From an uncultured Verrucomicrobiota bacterium (GTDB lineage Bacteria > Verrucomicrobiota > Verrucomicrobiia > Limisphaerales > AAA164-E04), in the NCBI GenBank assembly GCA_913061285.1, contig CAJXVR010000003.1, positions 748-64,747 of the forward strand: DNA of 64,000 bases, in the 5' to 3' direction. The notes below the pieces were generated by a model, which saw only the letters and a program-made list of their open reading frames with translations, had not been told where the DNA came from and made no database searches. Positions 61,549 to 64,000 of the stretch are shown here, in pieces; the first letter of the stretch is position 1; every line of letters begins with the position of its first letter. Made by a program: the position numbers and the translations under genes.

Positions 61549-62723
61549 TGTGCCTAGCGAATTGTTATTCAGGCGGCCTTGGGCATCTGGAAAAGACCGT
61601 TGCAATGTGACTCCTAAGAGTAGTTTTCAAGGCTAGCAATCTTAGGCATTCTTTCGTCTGCTCGCCGATTTGGGAGATCGCCATCGATTCCGGCGTGAAC
61701 CCTGTGTTCGTTGAAATACTCTTGGAATTTATCGAGCTTGTGTTGGAGATCTCGTGAATTCCAGAAGAAGAGTTGATCCAGATACTCCCGTCGAACACTT
61801 CCAATTAAGCGCTCGACGAAAGGATGCGAAACCGGAATTAGCGGAATTGATTGTATTGGATTTATGCGGAGCGCTTCGAGCAGCGGTGCCCACTCTTCGA
61901 ACAAGTAGAGCCGATCGTTGTCCATGCTCAAGTAGGTTGGCGTTGGGATGCCTGAGACGATCTCGCTGAACATTCTACAAAGAGCCTCACCGTCGACCTG
62001 TCCACGATGAACTGCGAATCCGACGATTTGTCTGGAGAATTGGTCCATCACGACCATGATCGAATAAGACTTAATCAGGACGGATTCAGCCGTGAAGAAG
62101 TCCATGCTCCAAAGGCTGTCTTTGGAATGGCCGAGGAAGGTGAGCCAGGACGGACCGTCAGAGTCGGTTCCTGGTTTGAAGTGATGGACAAGAATCCGTC
62201 GGACGACATCGGGTTTAAGATCGATGTCGAAGGTGTCAGAGATTTGTTGGGCGATTCTCGGACATCCACACCGAGGATTGTGTCGCTTGAATTCCACAAC
62301 AGCTGCGATGACGTCACGTGTCGGGCCTTTAGGTCCCGGCTTCCCTCGTTTCTTCGGCGAGAACAGTAATCTGTATTTCTGTTTCTTCAGGAAGTCGCGG
62401 AATCGCAAGAGCGTTGCCGGGCGGAGGGCCACGGCAGCTTGCTTGAGTCTTTTCTTGGAAAGAAAGGAAGCAAAGAAGCCGAGTAGAATTCGGTGGAGAG
62501 GAGTGATATTGGGAGCGCGCTCCCGACCGCGATTGAGGATAATGAGCTGCTGTGTGAGCAGGAGATTCTGGGCCGTGACAGCCGACAGACCATCCTTGCG
62601 GCAGAGCATAACGAGACAGCGAAGGAACTGCGCAAACAAGGTTAGCAAAAGGTTCATGCCGAGGAGCTTACGAGGGTAGGGCGATCACCGCAACTGGCCT
62701 TTGATAACAATTCGCGACCCACA
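61549..62723 (-). mobile_element. TGT-ended insertion sequence (IS481-like, rve transposase 61614-62657) with 20-bp imperfect terminal inverted repeats
   Basis: Ends TGTGCCTAGCGAATTGTTAT / TGTGGGTCGCGAATTGTTAT (17/20); DDE motifs WSMDFF, SMDND, VERLIGSVRRE; premature TAG 15 codons before the probable natural stop at 61569. Confidence 0.85.
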
Positions 62724-63206
62724 CGTCCACGGCACGAAGGATCGTTTGCTTTTCTGTCGAAGCGGGCAAGCGAGTGTTGCTGAGCGAGAATCCTGAGATA
62801 CGGAGAAGGATAACGAAGAGTCGGAGCAGAGCTCTAAGCTTGGAGTTTCTTTCCCGTAGAGCGAAGACTTGTTCTCGAAGCTCTTCGACACTATGTTCGA
62901 GTTCGTCGATCGAGAAGACTTCTCGCGGTGAGCTCCGCAACCAACCGCGAGCGTTAGAACGGGGAACGCCACGGTCGAGTGCGATCTCGATCCTGCCAGT
63001 AGAATAGACGAGATTTCGAAGTCGGTGATCATAGATTTGCTGAGATCGAGCCGCATTGACCATAGATCGATGATGCCTCGGCGCCTGTCCACTTTTCAAC
63101 CAAGACGATTGTGATTTGCCAAAGAAGGCGCCGTAGGTGGCGAGAACTCGTTCGAAAAAGTGCAAGAAGCTGTGAGAATCAGCAGAGTTAGAATTCGCGA
63201 CCCACA
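62724..63206 (-). mobile_element. Truncated left part of a second related IS (transposase N-terminus)
   Basis: Begins with the same TGTGGGTCGCGAATT end at 63206; encodes YDHRLR..GVPRS.A.GW HTH plus a coiled coil, cut at the 62723 element end. Confidence 0.75.
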
Positions 63207-64000
63207 CCTGGTTCTGGTGGCGGGTTGTTTGAGCCGATCTTGTCGAGGAAGTCGCGGGCAGCTTCGCGAACAGTCGCGCTTTCGTCGGTCAGTGAATTCC
63301 TGACGACCGGTGCGATCGATTTGGTTGCATTCCAGTTCACTCGTTCCTGTAAGGCCTCGAGGCTAGCGCGTCTCACTTGGACATCCGGGTGGGAGAGGTT
63401 GGTTACCATCGTATAGATGTCGCCATCATGAATGCCGAAGGCGAAGCGGTAGATTCTGTTGGTGCTTCCGACTGCTAGGGAGCTGCTTGTATACCCTCCG
63501 TCACCGGTAATCTTTGCCAGAACGAAGGCGGCGTGTGTTCGGACGATCCGGTTGTTGTGTCCACAAGCGCTGATAAGCGCGGGAAGCGAATTGGTTCCGA
63601 TGGCGTAAAGGGCTCGACCTGCTATCGATAACTGTTCGGGTTGCCGTAGTAGCTCGGAGATTGCCGGAATGGCGGGGCTTGCGTCAGACCGAAGAATAAA
63701 AAAGGCGCGAATTGCTCCTTCCTGTCGATCGAGATCTCGTGCCAGTTGAGGCATTTTGTATCCCAGTTTGTCTAGGAGATGGTTCACCAGCGTCTTGAAC
63801 CAATGGTCTTTTGCCTGCAACTCTTGAATTAGAAATGGAACGGAATCAGCCCCGATTTCTAGGATCGCCGCGCGCAGCTCGGGAGTAACGCTAGCCGTTG
63901 GATCTTGTAGATCCGTCATCCACTCGGAGAGCGACTTTCCATTGGAACTCGGCTCTGTCGAGGGAGCGAAATGAAGGAGACTCAAAGTTACAGTGAGACT
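63188..64000 (-). CDS. HEAT-repeat protein (5' end probably outside the window), paralog of 49878-51218
   Basis: NGKSLSEW, IGADSVPFL, ALYAIG..SLPAL, LSHPDVQVRRAS..AL; the frame is open to the window edge. Confidence 0.8.
   Translation of the reverse strand, partial: SLTVTLSLLHFAPSTEPSSNGKSLSEWMTDLQDPTASVTPELRAAILEIGADSVPFLIQELQAKDHWFKTLVNHLLDKLGYKMPQLARDLDRQEGAIRAFFILRSDASPAIPAISELLRQPEQLSIAGRALYAIGTNSLPALISACGHNNRIVRTHAAFVLAKITGDGGYTSSSLAVGSTNRIYRFAFGIHDGDIYTMVTNLSHPDVQVRRASLEALQERVNWNATKSIAPVVRNSLTDESATVREAARDFLDKIGSNNPPPEPGVGREF

Overview
Bacterial chromosomal window, probably from the PVC superphylum and most likely Verrucomicrobiota. This assignment is inferred from three H-X9-DG prepilin-like genes, PQQ-type propellers, DUF1080, several sulfatases and HEAT-repeat paralogs. 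1-12 kb holds secreted hydrolases and small enzymes. 12.6-29.6 kb is a 15-gene co-directional block: YtrA-type GntR regulator, two ABC ATPase/permease pairs, two Yip1 proteins, a MacAB/YknXYZ-type exporter, a triple-repeat secreted protein, two CotH-like kinases with an atypical metal-binding motif, and DUF6483. It has three putative YtrA operators upstream and two internal ECF-type promoters, and is the best candidate for an undescribed system. 29.6-47.7 kb carries a metalloprotease, prepilin-like genes, an aas-like fusion, a sulfatase, an SDR, mqnC and a ThuA-DUF1080/Gfo-Idh-MocA/YceI operon. 47.8-64 kb is an accessory region with pseudogenes, a frameshifted ISL3, a 3-sulfatase + sialidase cassette, a small Cys-rich ORF and stacked TGT-ended integrase-type IS remnants. 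No rRNA, tRNA or CRISPR array was recognised. All family calls come from motif recognition by eye, not database searches.
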